Source: a virus
Lineage: Duplodnaviria; Caudoviricetes
Virus record (IMG/VR): IMGVR_UViG_3300034375_007338
Location: 1 to 53,782 of that record
DNA length: 53,782 nucleotides
Direction: 5' to 3' (one strand)
The first letter of the stretch is position 1, and each line of letters opens with the position of its first letter. Below, in pieces: positions 1-8,443 of the stretch. The position numbers were made by a program, and so were the translations under genes. Below the pieces are notes generated by a model that had not been told where the DNA came from, ran no database searches, and worked only from the letters and a program-made list of their open reading frames with translations.

Positions 1-299
1 CTACCCTTAGCTTGTTCGAGACGCTCAATAGTAATACTATCGGTCCCCCTAGCCAAACCACTAGTGCGACTAGTCCGCAACGGGTTAGGGTTCGGGACTA
101 GTTGCGTGTCGAGGAGGTCCTCGTCCTGGTAGACGAGATCCTTCGTGGTCTTCGTCCACCTGGAGGCTTGGGTCAGAACGGCATCGCGCTCATCCAGGAT
201 GAGATGGTCGGCAGCGTGAAGGAGCCCCAGGACGACGTGAAGGTCGTCGGCACACTTCACGGCATGCTCGTTATTCAGAACACGGATCAAGTCTACTGC
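1..299 (+). repeat. Terminal direct repeat, left copy (pairs with 53484..53782)
   Basis: Direct alignment: 299 bp, no indels, 11 substitutions at 105,111,114,120,138,165,240,249,252,258,264. Confidence 0.97.
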
Positions 300-434
300 C
301 TGCGGGATAAGATCGTGCGCGTAGTCTAATGGCTTGCCCTCTTTAATAGTGTCCTGGACGGTGTCTAGCACGCGCTGCAGCGTCTCCTGGATGGCTTCGT
401 GGTAGTCGGCGCAGGTGAGGTCTTCGGCTTTCAT
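1..434 (-). CDS. Hypothetical protein spanning the circular junction (154 aa, MKAEDLTCADYHEAIQETLQ...; ends at stop 53453)
   Basis: ATG at 434 is in frame with ORF 53453..53773; all 11 differences between the repeat copies are synonymous in this frame; extended -10 upstream. Confidence 0.85.
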   Translation of the reverse strand, partial: MKAEDLTCADYHEAIQETLQRVLDTVQDTIKEGKPLDYAHDLIPQAVDLIRVLNNEHAVKCADDLHVVLGLLHAADHLILDERDAVLTQASRWTKTTKDLVYQDEDLLDTQLVPNPNPLRTSRTSGLARGTDSITIERLEQAKG

Positions 435-474
435 GGTGGCTAATGGTAGGGCAAGCAAAATCGCTCGCATGTAC

Positions 475-483
475 ATGGTAGCA
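475..483 (-). promoter_or_regulatory. Extended -10 promoter (TGcTACCAT) for the junction-spanning gene
   Basis: TGn-TAnnnT match followed by a short hairpin (GCGAGC-gatttt-GCTTGC) and a CCCTACC leader. Confidence 0.5.
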
Positions 484-613
484 CACTTCGCGGCCTTTTT
501 GGGGCGGCAAAGTCAAAAATGCCTATAGGGATTTCCCTAGTGTATTATTGTGAGATTGTGGCTCCGCTCCTGGTGAATTATGGTAGGCGCAAAAAGTTAG
601 GGGCACTATTGAA

Positions 614-713
614 TAGCAAGCGGCAACTCTTAGCGGCTAGCAAGCGGCAACTCTTAGCGGCTAGCAAGCGGCAACTCTTAGCGGCTAGCAAGCGGCAACT
701 CTTAGCGGCTAGC
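614..713. repeat. Perfect tandem repeat, 24 bp x4 (TAGCAAGCGGCAACTCTTAGCGGC)
   Basis: Read directly. Confidence 0.95.
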
Positions 714-743
714 TAATACGTTAGTGGCTTCCCACTTCGGCGC

Positions 744-810
<67 letters not shown>

Positions 811-870
811 TGCGTGGTAATGGGGACCGACCTAGACCTTTACAGACCTAGACCGATCCCCGACCTACCA

Positions 871-1173
871 CTAGGCGGTCTCTTGCTCCTGGAGCGCGCA
901 TGCTCGCAGGAACTCCAGCGTCTCCAGGATCTTCTCCTTGCTGCCCTTGATCCCGAAGTAAGCCTTCACGTCCTTCAATCGCCAATGGCGATGGGGCTTC
1001 ATGCCGTGACTGCAGAACATCCTCAAGTCGCGCACGCTGCAAAGCAGGTTCCACGTCGGCCAATCGAACTTCTTCGATCCGCCATCAATGAGAAGGTCGA
1101 ACGTCTGTTCGGCGTCGTCCAGGCCAGCCCAGAAAGGAGCGGAGAAGTCGAAATCTTTCGAAGTGAATTCCAT
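871..1173 (-). CDS. Hypothetical early phage protein (GMKPHRHWRLKDVKAYFG motif)
   Basis: Protein-like composition, coupled by TGATG overlap to 1173..1388. Confidence 0.8.
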   Translation of the reverse strand: MEFTSKDFDFSAPFWAGLDDAEQTFDLLIDGGSKKFDWPTWNLLCSVRDLRMFCSHGMKPHRHWRLKDVKAYFGIKGSKEKILETLEFLRACALQEQETA

Positions 1174-1388
1174 CAGAGAAGCCCCCTCGCTTTCGCGACT
1201 TCAGCGAACATCGAACTGTCGGCAGCCTGGACAGCGACGAACTCTTCGAAAGCTGAAGCCACGTCCCATCCCTCATCGAAGAAATCGCGATAGAAGAAGA
1301 GGTCGGGGAAATCGTGGAGCCCCATGCCGAATTCGGCAGAGATCATGCCGTCCAGGCGAGTAACCCATTCCTTGAATTTCATTCTCAT
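1173..1388 (-). CDS. Hypothetical early phage protein, 71 aa
   Basis: ATG downstream of a sigma70-like promoter; coupled to the next gene. Confidence 0.75.
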   Translation of the reverse strand: MRMKFKEWVTRLDGMISAEFGMGLHDFPDLFFYRDFFDEGWDVASAFEEFVAVQAADSSMFAEVAKARGLL

Positions 1389-1435
1389 GTCTGAATAGTG
1401 GTAGGAGCGAGCCCGATTGGCTCGCCGTTGCCCCT

Positions 1436-1463
1436 ATTCTAGCGTCCCTGCGAGGGGTTGCAA
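1436..1463 (-). promoter_or_regulatory. Sigma70-like promoter TTGCAA-N16-TAGAAT
   Basis: Consensus match, followed by hairpin GCGAGCC..GGCTCGC and a CTCCTACC leader. Confidence 0.6.
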
Positions 1464-1484
1464 GGGTTCGGGAGCAAAAAATAC

Positions 1485-1905
1485 CCCCTAGGATTCCCCT
1501 AGGGGTTTTCCCTAGGGTTGCCGCCGAAATCGCTGCGCGATTTCCCCTAGGGGTTTTCCCTTAGGGGAACCGACCTAGGGATCCTCCGACCTATCGCTAC
1601 GCGATTTCCCCTAGGGGTTTTCCCCTAGGGGTTCCGACCTAGTCCGACTGGGGATTTCCCCGAATCGCTACGCGATTTCCCCTAGGGGTTTTCCCCTAGG
1701 GGTTTCGACCTAGTCCGACTGGGGATTTCCCCAGGCAGGGAAAATCGCTTCGCGATGGGGTTTTCCCCTAGGGGTTTCTCCTCAGCCGACCGAGACTTTC
1801 CCTATTAGGGAAAATCGCTTCGCGATGGGGTTTTCCCCTAGGGGTTTTCCCATAGACGACCAAGAAATACCCCACCCAGGGAAATACCTGAGTGGGGTAG
1901 GGGAA
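1485..1905. repeat. Palindrome/hairpin array 1: five units with ATCGC-N3-GCGAT followed by CCCCTAGGGG-type palindromes and a CGACC tail
   Basis: Hairpins start at 1529, 1593, 1664, 1744, 1814. Confidence 0.9.
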
Positions 1906-1909
1906 AGCC

Positions 1910-2170
1910 CTAGCTTGTTTTTTGCTGGAGCTTCAGGGCCTTCTCAAGTTCTTGGCGAGTGAAGTTAGTCACCTTCTCCTCTCGCTTCCCGTAACGGACT
2001 TGAATACTGACAAGCCCCTTCTCCATATGGAGAAGTTCGGGGACCGTTGTATAGGTCGATCCCCACGGCGTATTAATGACGAAGTCTTTCGGCTCGATCA
2101 TGTCCGTCAGGAGCGCCTTCTTCGAATTGTAGACACGCCCATAAGCAGGCGAGAAATTTGCGAATCGCAT
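1910..2170 (-). CDS. Hypothetical phage protein (PAYGRxY motif); probable start at ATG 2170
   Basis: ORF 1910..2248; ATG 2170 lies downstream of a TACAAT box (2218..2223), a hairpin and a C-rich leader. Confidence 0.75.
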   Translation of the reverse strand: MRFANFSPAYGRVYNSKKALLTDMIEPKDFVINTPWGSTYTTVPELLHMEKGLVSIQVRYGKREEKVTNFTRQELEKALKLQQKTS

Positions 2171-2389
2171 AGTTTGAAGTGGTGGGGAGTCGCCGGAGTG
2201 GCGATCTCGAAGATCAAATTGTACGGCGAAATCAAGGCTAGGAGACATAAAAAAATGGTATCTATTTTTAGGGGGTTACCCGTAGGTCACTAAGGGAGGG
2301 TTTTCCGTTTGGCGTGGTCCGGGTTTACCCGTAGTGTCAAGAGGGCTTTCCCTAGTTCAAGGGTATGACCTAGACCGACCCTGGTTCTC

Positions 2390-2880
2390 CCCGAAGTCGC
2401 AGAGCGACTTCCCCTAGGGGAAGTCCCGTAGGTGCATCGACTGGGGTTTTCCCCGAATCGCAAAGCGATTTCCCCTAGAGGTTTTCCCTTAGGGGAACCG
2501 ACCTAAGGGTTCCCCGACCTATCGCAAAGCGATTTCCCTTAGGGGTTTTCCCCTAAGGGGTCCGACCTATCGCAAAGCGATTTCCCCTAGGGGTTTTCCC
2601 TTAGGGGGTCCGACCTAGCTTCGCTAGGGTTTTCCCCTAGGGGTTTACCCATAGGCCGACCAGACTTCCCCCACCCTGGGGAAATCCCCTATGGGGCTAT
2701 GGGTAACTCCGTACCCGCTACAGGGAAAACCCCTAGGGGTTTATACTGTTAACAGACCCGACTTTCCCCTAGGGGAAATTACCTATTGGGCTATGGGTAA
2801 TTACCTATTGACACTACGGGTTTACCCATAGCCACATAAGGGAGACCACCTACCAAAATAGGGACAACCCTTAGGGGTCA
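2390..2880. repeat. Palindrome/hairpin array 2, same unit family as array 1, decaying rightwards
   Basis: Hairpins at 2394 (AAGTCGC-AGA-GCGACTT), 2457, 2521, 2569 (ATCGC-AAA-GCGAT) and 2615 (CTAGC-TTC-GCTAG). Confidence 0.88.
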
Positions 2881-3039
2881 ACCCTTACGTCTGAAACGCT
2901 CTGTGTTGGCCTGTGTTGGACGCTGGCCCGAACGTGGGCTAGGACCCTCAGACGAGACGAACGTCGATTTCTATGGGTATTCCCTATGTTTCGAGCGCCT
3001 GGCTATGGGTAATCCCCTAGGGGCAAGAGGGCTTACCCT

Positions 3040-3440
3040 GGAACGGGCCGGAACGGGCCGGAAGTGTTCCGGAGTGCCTCATTTTGATAAATAGCTATTG
3101 TTATTCATTAAACATAGCTACTAGTTACTAGTTATTTGTTACTAGTCTAATGTTTGTATATGCCATGCGGAACGGTCTAGAATAAATATAATTATTAATG
3201 AAAACCGCCCTGGAGACCATGCCAGTAACGATTTAGCCACCGCAGATCATACTAGGAACGGAACACCCCGCTCCCCCTTTTCTCTAAGAGAAAGAATAAA
3301 TATATATATACAACTAACCTATAGCATATAGCCCAGATCCGATCGGCTAGACGGTCGTTCCGGTGTTCCAGGCGACGAGGGTATTCCCCTAGGTGAAAGC
3401 CCATCGACAGATTCTAGACTCGGTCCGCCCCGTTCCCCTG
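3040..3440. other. Candidate replication origin: AT-rich core flanked by GGAAC/GTTCC boxes in both orientations
   Basis: Most AT-rich tract of the genome (3085..3200 and a TATA run near 3300), non-coding, with repeated GGAACGG and GTTCC motifs. Confidence 0.4.
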
Positions 3441-3445
3441 GATTA

Positions 3446-3480
3446 TGGTACACTTTAAAGGCTAGGCAATTTCGCCTAGT
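3446..3480 (+). promoter_or_regulatory. Extended -10 (TGgTACACT) plus 5' hairpin upstream of the GP88-like gene
   Basis: TGn-TAnnnT followed by CTAGGC..GCCTAG. Confidence 0.55.
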
Positions 3481-3497
3481 ATTTGCTCTCTAATAAC

Positions 3498-4391
3498 ATG
3501 AATCAAAAAATTACGCGCCGCTCGGCGTGCCTGGATATTCGTACCCGTTGGTCTTCTATTGTCGATAACGCTATCGACAACGGTCTTCGGAAAACGCTAC
3601 GGGATAGCGCGATCGATGCACTACCTAAAGGCGACACGTTTAACCTGTCACGCCCAAACTCGAGTGCCAAGGTGGATAAGGGAAGAAAGATCGGTATCGA
3701 TACCTTGATCCTTTATCTATCGCCAGCGGGAGAAGCTGTTACTAGCACATTGTGCGAGGATAGCGTTCCCGCTTGTCGTGCACTTTGCCTAGGCCATAGT
3801 GCTGGGCGAATGATCATGACACCTAGCAAGCTTGCTAGGCTCTGGCGAACTGCACTATGGCTAGGCGATAGGGAAGCGTTTATTCGCTTGCTTATCATGG
3901 ACCTGGAATCGCTGGCACTATCGGCTAAGAAACGCGGACACGTTACGGCGTTCCGTTTCAACGGCTCTACCGATATTGAAGTTCCCGACGTTATCCGCTC
4001 CACTTGCGAGCGCCTGGGCGTTAATGGCTACGGCTATACTAAGTCGCTAGCTCGTGCTATGGCTTCGGTAGGTACTCGATACCCTTTGACGTTTTCCTTT
4101 TCGGGTAACGTGGACCGAGCACTAGTCGCTAGGGACCACGGAGCGAACGTCGCTATGGTATTTGATACCGCTGTCGGCCAAGAATTGCCGGACGCTATCG
4201 TTCTCGGGCACGAGCCCGTAGGCGTTATCGACGGCGATATTTCCGACGCTAGGTTCCTGGATCCGAAAGACGCAGACGGCCGAGGACTTATCGTCGGTCT
4301 ACGCTTCAAAAAGGCGAAGGCCATTGATAAGGGTCTGAAACAAGCTATCCGCTCCGGATGGGTTGTGGAAGCCGATAGGGTAGCCTTTTAG
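3498..4391 (+). CDS. GP88-family phage protein (radical-SAM-like, C-x6-C-x3-C)
   Basis: LYLSPA...CEDSVPACRALCL, RFNGSTDI, YGYTK, LTFSFS, IDGDISDARFLDP and IVGLRFK motifs characteristic of gene product 88; ATG at 3498 within ORF 3483..4391. Confidence 0.8.
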   Translation: MNQKITRRSACLDIRTRWSSIVDNAIDNGLRKTLRDSAIDALPKGDTFNLSRPNSSAKVDKGRKIGIDTLILYLSPAGEAVTSTLCEDSVPACRALCLGHSAGRMIMTPSKLARLWRTALWLGDREAFIRLLIMDLESLALSAKKRGHVTAFRFNGSTDIEVPDVIRSTCERLGVNGYGYTKSLARAMASVGTRYPLTFSFSGNVDRALVARDHGANVAMVFDTAVGQELPDAIVLGHEPVGVIDGDISDARFLDPKDADGRGLIVGLRFKKAKAIDKGLKQAIRSGWVVEADRVAF

Positions 4392-4408
4392 GCTACCCAC
4401 TAAATAAC

Positions 4409-4437
4409 AGGGGGACCCTACGGGGTCCCCTTTTTTC
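4409..4437 (+). terminator. Rho-independent terminator after the GP88-like gene
   Basis: GGGGACCC-loop-GGGTCCCC stem followed by TTTTTT. Confidence 0.85.
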
Positions 4438-4451
4438 GTTTCCGTCCGGCG

Positions 4452-4601
4452 GGAGCTGGAACCCGTCGCCCTGGAGCTGGAACCCATCGCCCTGGAGCTG
4501 GAACCCGACCCCCACGACCCCCACGACCCCTTGACTCGACCCGACCCCGGAACGGCAGACTCGACCCGACCCCGGAACGGCAGACTCGACCCGACCCCGG
4601 A
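4452..4601. repeat. Nested tandem repeats: 21 bp x~2.5, 10 bp x2, 25 bp x~3
   Basis: GGAGCTGGAACCCRTCGCCCT at 4452/4473/4494; GACTCGACCCGACCCCGGAACGGCA at 4533/4558/4583. Confidence 0.9.
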
Positions 4602-4680
4602 CTGCGGGTTTACCCGAACCAGACTACAGACATAAAGCGCCCCGGAATTAGCTCCTGACTCTGTACACCTCTGGACCGTT

Positions 4681-4735
4681 TGCTAGACTGACCGAGTCGC
4701 TGAAGCATTCCGCTTCGGCCCAACTCCTACCTATC
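4681..4735 (+). promoter_or_regulatory. Extended -10 (TGcTAGACT), 5' hairpin and CTCCTACC leader of the main early operon
   Basis: Motif match directly before ATG 4736; hairpin GCTGAAGC-attcc-GCTTCGGC. Confidence 0.55.
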
Positions 4736-5143
4736 ATGCGAACCTACATCGCTCGCGGCTCCAACGCATGGAACGCCGCGACTAACAAGACGGAGGCGGT
4801 CATCCGCCTGATGGCCCGAGGGGTCTCCCTCGACAAGATCGCCCTGGTCTCCACCGAGGGCCGGGCCACGGTGGACTGGAACGGGTCCGTGAACTCGACC
4901 CAGAGCATCCGCGACGAGCGGCTCACCTTCGGTGAGTTGGCCGACGCCCTCTACGATCGGATGACGGACGTGCAGGAGGTCCTGGCCAAGCTCCTGGAGG
5001 ACGACGTGCTGGCCACGAAGGACTTCCCCACGTCGGCTCAGGACTACCTGGAGGAAGCCACGAAGCGCGTGGGGGACCTCGTGGACCATCCCATGAGCGA
5101 CCTGGAGTCGAACCTCCTGGAGAACGGGGAGGTGAAGTCGTGA
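4736..5143 (+). CDS. Hypothetical early protein
   Basis: High GC3 codon bias, GTGA overlap with the next gene. Confidence 0.85.
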   Translation: MRTYIARGSNAWNAATNKTEAVIRLMARGVSLDKIALVSTEGRATVDWNGSVNSTQSIRDERLTFGELADALYDRMTDVQEVLAKLLEDDVLATKDFPTSAQDYLEEATKRVGDLVDHPMSDLESNLLENGEVKS

Positions 5144-5484
5144 GCCTCACGAACCGCTACATGGCCGATTGCAGTGGGGCCGTCAAGCCCGAGGTGGGCA
5201 TGCCCGCGACCCTGCTCTACTGGTCCGATCGGAAGCCCGCCACGGTCATCCGCGTCTCGCCCTCCGGGCGCGAGGTCGCGATCCAGCGCGACCGCTCCAC
5301 GCGGATCGACGACAACGGCATGTCGGAGGGACAGGTCTACGAGTACGAGCGCGACCCGGACGCCCTCGTGGAGGTCTTCACCCTTCGCAAGAACGGGCGC
5401 TGGGTCGAGAAGGGCAGGCGTATGGGCCAGGGCCTTCGCCTCGGCCTCGGCTACCGCGAGGAGTACTACGACTACTCGTTCTAG
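5140..5484 (+). CDS. Conserved phage hypothetical protein (GxxAT...SDRxPATV...YYDYSF family)
   Basis: GGAGG RBS, codon bias, motif pattern common in phage early genes. Confidence 0.85.
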   Translation: MSLTNRYMADCSGAVKPEVGMPATLLYWSDRKPATVIRVSPSGREVAIQRDRSTRIDDNGMSEGQVYEYERDPDALVEVFTLRKNGRWVEKGRRMGQGLRLGLGYREEYYDYSF

Positions 5485-5607
5485 ATCCCCAAGGGGGCCG
5501 GGCAGGCCCCCGCACCCGCCGCTCACCCGGCGGGCGTCGCCTCCTGTCTGATGGAGGCCCCAGGCGCACGGACGCGCACCCTACCAACCCCTACCGCCCC
5601 GATCCGA

Positions 5608-5822
5608 TGATCACCATCCCCGCAGACGCCTACACCGGGCAGCTCGACCTGCTCCTGGCGGACGGCACCGTCGTCTACATGGACGGCTGCTCCCGCTGGC
5701 ACGCCGCCCACCCGGACGGCACCGAGACCTACCTGGGCCGCGCGGCCCACCTCAACCCCCCGTCCCTGTCTGGGGACGGCGGCTACGACTACGACACCTA
5801 CACCGAGAGGTTCGCCCGATGA
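5608..5822 (+). CDS. Hypothetical protein (MITIPADAYTGQ...)
   Basis: 3' part of ORF 5169..5822 with strong codon bias; ATGA overlap with 5819. Confidence 0.7.
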
Positions 5823-6205
5823 AGCGCACCCCTTTCGTGACCCTGCACCGAGGCTCCGTGGAGGAGCCTATCTTCGACGCGCTGAAGAACGCCGAGGGCG
5901 TGCAGCCCGACCCGAACATCCTGAGCCCGAGAGGGCTCAAGGACCTGATGCTCCTCTACCTGGAGCCCGGCAGCCCCGACGTGCCCGCCTGGGCCGACGA
6001 GGTCTGCAACGGTGCGGGCAGCGCCTACCGTAACTCCGGGCCTTTCAAGCTCCGCGCGGTGAGCACCGCGTGCGGCCTAGACCTCAGCCTGGAGGTGAAC
6101 TCCAAGACCTCGCTTCACGCGCTCCTCTCTTTCGAGACCTTGCTGAAGGCGCTGGTCGAGGAAGGCAACGGATGCACCGTGATCGTCGACCACTTGGAGG
6201 ACTGA
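5819..6205 (+). CDS. Hypothetical protein
   Basis: Coupled ORF, codon bias. Confidence 0.8.
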   Translation: MKRTPFVTLHRGSVEEPIFDALKNAEGVQPDPNILSPRGLKDLMLLYLEPGSPDVPAWADEVCNGAGSAYRNSGPFKLRAVSTACGLDLSLEVNSKTSLHALLSFETLLKALVEEGNGCTVIVDHLED

Positions 6206-6206
6206 C

Positions 6207-6443
6207 ATGCGATACCCCTACCGAGAGCCCCTTCACCGAGAAGCGACCGCCGTGTTCTGCAAGACGGCCCGCGCCATGGGGCACAAGCCCATCACCCGCC
6301 GCGCCAACTCCGTCATCGGGGTCTGGCTCAAGGACGGGCGCGACATCCCCGCGCTCGCGATCTACGAGGACGACCTGGGCAACTGGGTCATGCTCAACGA
6401 GAACGGCAAGGTCCACCAGTACACGCACGACGAGGTGGTCTGA
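6207..6443 (+). CDS. Hypothetical protein
   Basis: GGAGG RBS, codon bias. Confidence 0.8.
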   Translation: MRYPYREPLHREATAVFCKTARAMGHKPITRRANSVIGVWLKDGRDIPALAIYEDDLGNWVMLNENGKVHQYTHDEVV

Positions 6444-6589
6444 TGAAGCTCTTCGACCGCTTCGAGGAGGCCCGCCAGTGGGCCTTCGACAACCTCAAAG
6501 GCTACCCGGCCCACAGGGTAGTCTGGATCGAGTACCATTCCGCGTGGGCCGTTGAACTCTACCCTGATGGACCCCTGGAGCCACGATGA
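6443..6589 (+). CDS. Small hypothetical protein, 48 aa (MKLFDRFEEARQWAF...), not in ORF track
   Basis: TGATG and ATGA overlaps with both neighbours. Confidence 0.7.
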   Translation: MKLFDRFEEARQWAFDNLKGYPAHRVVWIEYHSAWAVELYPDGPLEPR

Positions 6590-6921
6590 CTGACCACGAC
6601 TTCACCTTTGAGCTGTGCGGAGCCTATTTCAAGGTCTCCTACAGCCTGACCCCGATGTGCCGCGAGACCGGGACCTCGGACCTGATCAATTCCTCGCTCC
6701 GCGTGGAGTGTACCGAGATCGAGGACCCCGACCTCGTAGCCCAGGAGCTGCTCGGGCTCCCCAAGGACCCGATGGACCCGAACCACGGAGACATCAAGCG
6801 CCCGGACGGTGAATCGTTCCACCAGGGCGAGGACTTCTACGAGTCCGTGCTCCTGGCCGTGGACGCCGAGCTTGACCGCGAGGGCGACCTGTTCGACCGT
6901 GTCGTGGAGGCTGGCTGGTGA
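6586..6921 (+). CDS. Acidic hypothetical protein
   Basis: Coupled ORF, codon bias. Confidence 0.8.
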   Translation: MTDHDFTFELCGAYFKVSYSLTPMCRETGTSDLINSSLRVECTEIEDPDLVAQELLGLPKDPMDPNHGDIKRPDGESFHQGEDFYESVLLAVDAELDREGDLFDRVVEAGW

Positions 6922-7118
6922 TTCACCGATACCAACCCGTCATGCTCCGATGTGACGGCGAGACGCCTGACGAGACCGACTGGAAGATCTCTCCCTACGG
7001 GGCCGAAGAGCCCGACCGGGAGTGCTACTGGGTCCCCTCGTTCGAGGAGGCCCTGGAAGAACTCAAGTATTGGCGAGAGTGGCACGTTGCCAACCCCGAC
7101 CCCGACCCCCTGAATTGA
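6918..7118 (+). CDS. Hypothetical protein
   Basis: GTGA overlap, GGAGG upstream. Confidence 0.7.
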   Translation: MIHRYQPVMLRCDGETPDETDWKISPYGAEEPDRECYWVPSFEEALEELKYWREWHVANPDPDPLN

Positions 7119-7119
7119 C

Positions 7120-7389
7120 ATGACCGAAGAAGAGATCAAGCAGCTCATCGAAGACCTGCGAAACCTGAAAGGCGACGAGATGTACCTCGCGACCATCGCG
7201 CTACCGATGAAGATCATTGTGGACGTGCTCAACGAGATGTACGGCACGATGGACGAGGCCGAACCCTTGACCCGCGACCACATGGTCGTGCTGCGCGGAG
7301 GCAGTGCTGTGCTGCACGAAGCGACCGAGACCATCCAGGCCGTCATCGACGGCTACTTCGAAGAGAACCCCGACCCCGACCTGAACTGA
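7120..7389 (+). CDS. Acidic hypothetical protein
   Basis: Codon bias; shares the C-terminal NPDPDxxN ending with the upstream gene. Confidence 0.8.
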   Translation: MTEEEIKQLIEDLRNLKGDEMYLATIALPMKIIVDVLNEMYGTMDEAEPLTRDHMVVLRGGSAVLHEATETIQAVIDGYFEENPDPDLN

Positions 7390-7841
7390 TGAAGAACTAC
7401 TCGCAAGGACCCCGCAAAGACTGCCTGCACGGACGCCTGTGGAAGCGCAAGATTCGTCGCTTCCGCAGAGAGAACTCGGATCGGATCGAGTCCGAATACC
7501 AGTGGGAGCTGCTCTGGGACGGCCTGAGTCCTTCCACAGAGAGCATGACCGCACTGGCCACTGCTGAGGACCTGTCTCAGCGAGCCTTCGACCCGCTCTG
7601 CTCCGAAGACGTGGCCTGCGCCACGCTGCGCGACCCGATGACGGCGCTCATTGCGACCCTGGACAGCCACGGGCTCGTCCCCCGCAGCTGCTTCGCTAAC
7701 CCGCTCGACCGGGGGGTGATCACCAACCCGGCTCCGCTGCTGCCGATCCTGATGAAGCACGCGGCGATGCAGCTGAAGCTCCAGGGCGTCGGCCCGACCG
7801 AGGACTGTCTCATTCAAGGCAACGTCGAGGTCGAGCTGTGA
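7389..7841 (+). CDS. Hypothetical protein
   Basis: TGATG overlap, codon bias. Confidence 0.75.
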   Translation: MKNYSQGPRKDCLHGRLWKRKIRRFRRENSDRIESEYQWELLWDGLSPSTESMTALATAEDLSQRAFDPLCSEDVACATLRDPMTALIATLDSHGLVPRSCFANPLDRGVITNPAPLLPILMKHAAMQLKLQGVGPTEDCLIQGNVEVEL

Positions 7842-7939
7842 CCATCGTCAAAGACGAGCCGTTCCTTTCCGGCAGGGCGGGGTGTATCCTCTCCTACCTG
7901 TTCTTCGCCCTGGCGCTGGCCCTCACCTTCTTCGTGTAG
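7838..7939 (+). CDS. 33-aa membrane peptide (..ILSYLFFALALALTFFV), not in ORF track
   Basis: GTGA overlap; hydrophobic C-terminal helix. Confidence 0.6.
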   Translation: MTIVKDEPFLSGRAGCILSYLFFALALALTFFV

Positions 7940-7940
7940 T

Positions 7941-8117
7941 ATGTTCGTTGACCTTGCATTGAAGACCCTGATCGTGGGTCTGTTCCTCGGAGCCCTCGGA
8001 TCTATGTGCGCCTACGTTGGCCACGAGTACGGATTCGAGTCGGGCATCGGCTTCTCGTTCTTGGGCGCTATCGCCCTTTCCTCTACCTTGCTGGCCTCGT
8101 CCAGCCCTCGACAATGA
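7941..8117 (+). CDS. 58-aa two-TM membrane protein (MFVDLALKTLIVGLFLGALG...), not in ORF track
   Basis: Starts 1 bp after the previous stop; ATGA overlap with 8114; two hydrophobic segments. Confidence 0.65.
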   Translation: MFVDLALKTLIVGLFLGALGSMCAYVGHEYGFESGIGFSFLGAIALSSTLLASSSPRQ

Positions 8118-8443
8118 AACGTATTTCACCGGGCCACGCCGCCCTCATGATCTCCCAGCTCCCGCGCAACGGGCAGCTCTTCTCCTGCAAGTGGATCAAG
8201 AAGAACGGCGAGGTGCGCTTCGGCACCTTCCGGCTGGCCGAGACCATGTCCAAGGACAAGACCGGGGAAGGACTCAAGTTCGACCCGGCCAAGAAGGGCC
8301 TTCTTGTCGTCTACGACACGCGCAAGAAGGCGTACCGCATGATCACCGTTTCGACCATTGTCGAGATGAAGATCGACCGTGAGGAGTACCTGATTGTCAG
8401 GGACTCCGTTCTCGAACCCACCCCCGCAGAGCTTCCTTTCTGA
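8114..8443 (+). CDS. SH3 beta-barrel / WYL_2-like (DUF2693-like) protein
   Basis: FSCKWIKKNGEVR...VVYDTRKKAYRMI pattern; start ATG 8114 within ORF 8006..8443. Confidence 0.7.
   Translation: MKRISPGHAALMISQLPRNGQLFSCKWIKKNGEVRFGTFRLAETMSKDKTGEGLKFDPAKKGLLVVYDTRKKAYRMITVSTIVEMKIDREEYLIVRDSVLEPTPAELPF

Noticed and set aside
102-329. Plus-strand 75-aa ORF in the terminal repeat
   Set aside because: Differences between the repeat copies are non-synonymous in this frame but all synonymous in the minus frame
1485-2880. CRISPR or mini-CRISPR array
   Set aside because: Units vary in length, the sequence between repeats is itself repetitive rather than unique spacers, and no cas operon is present
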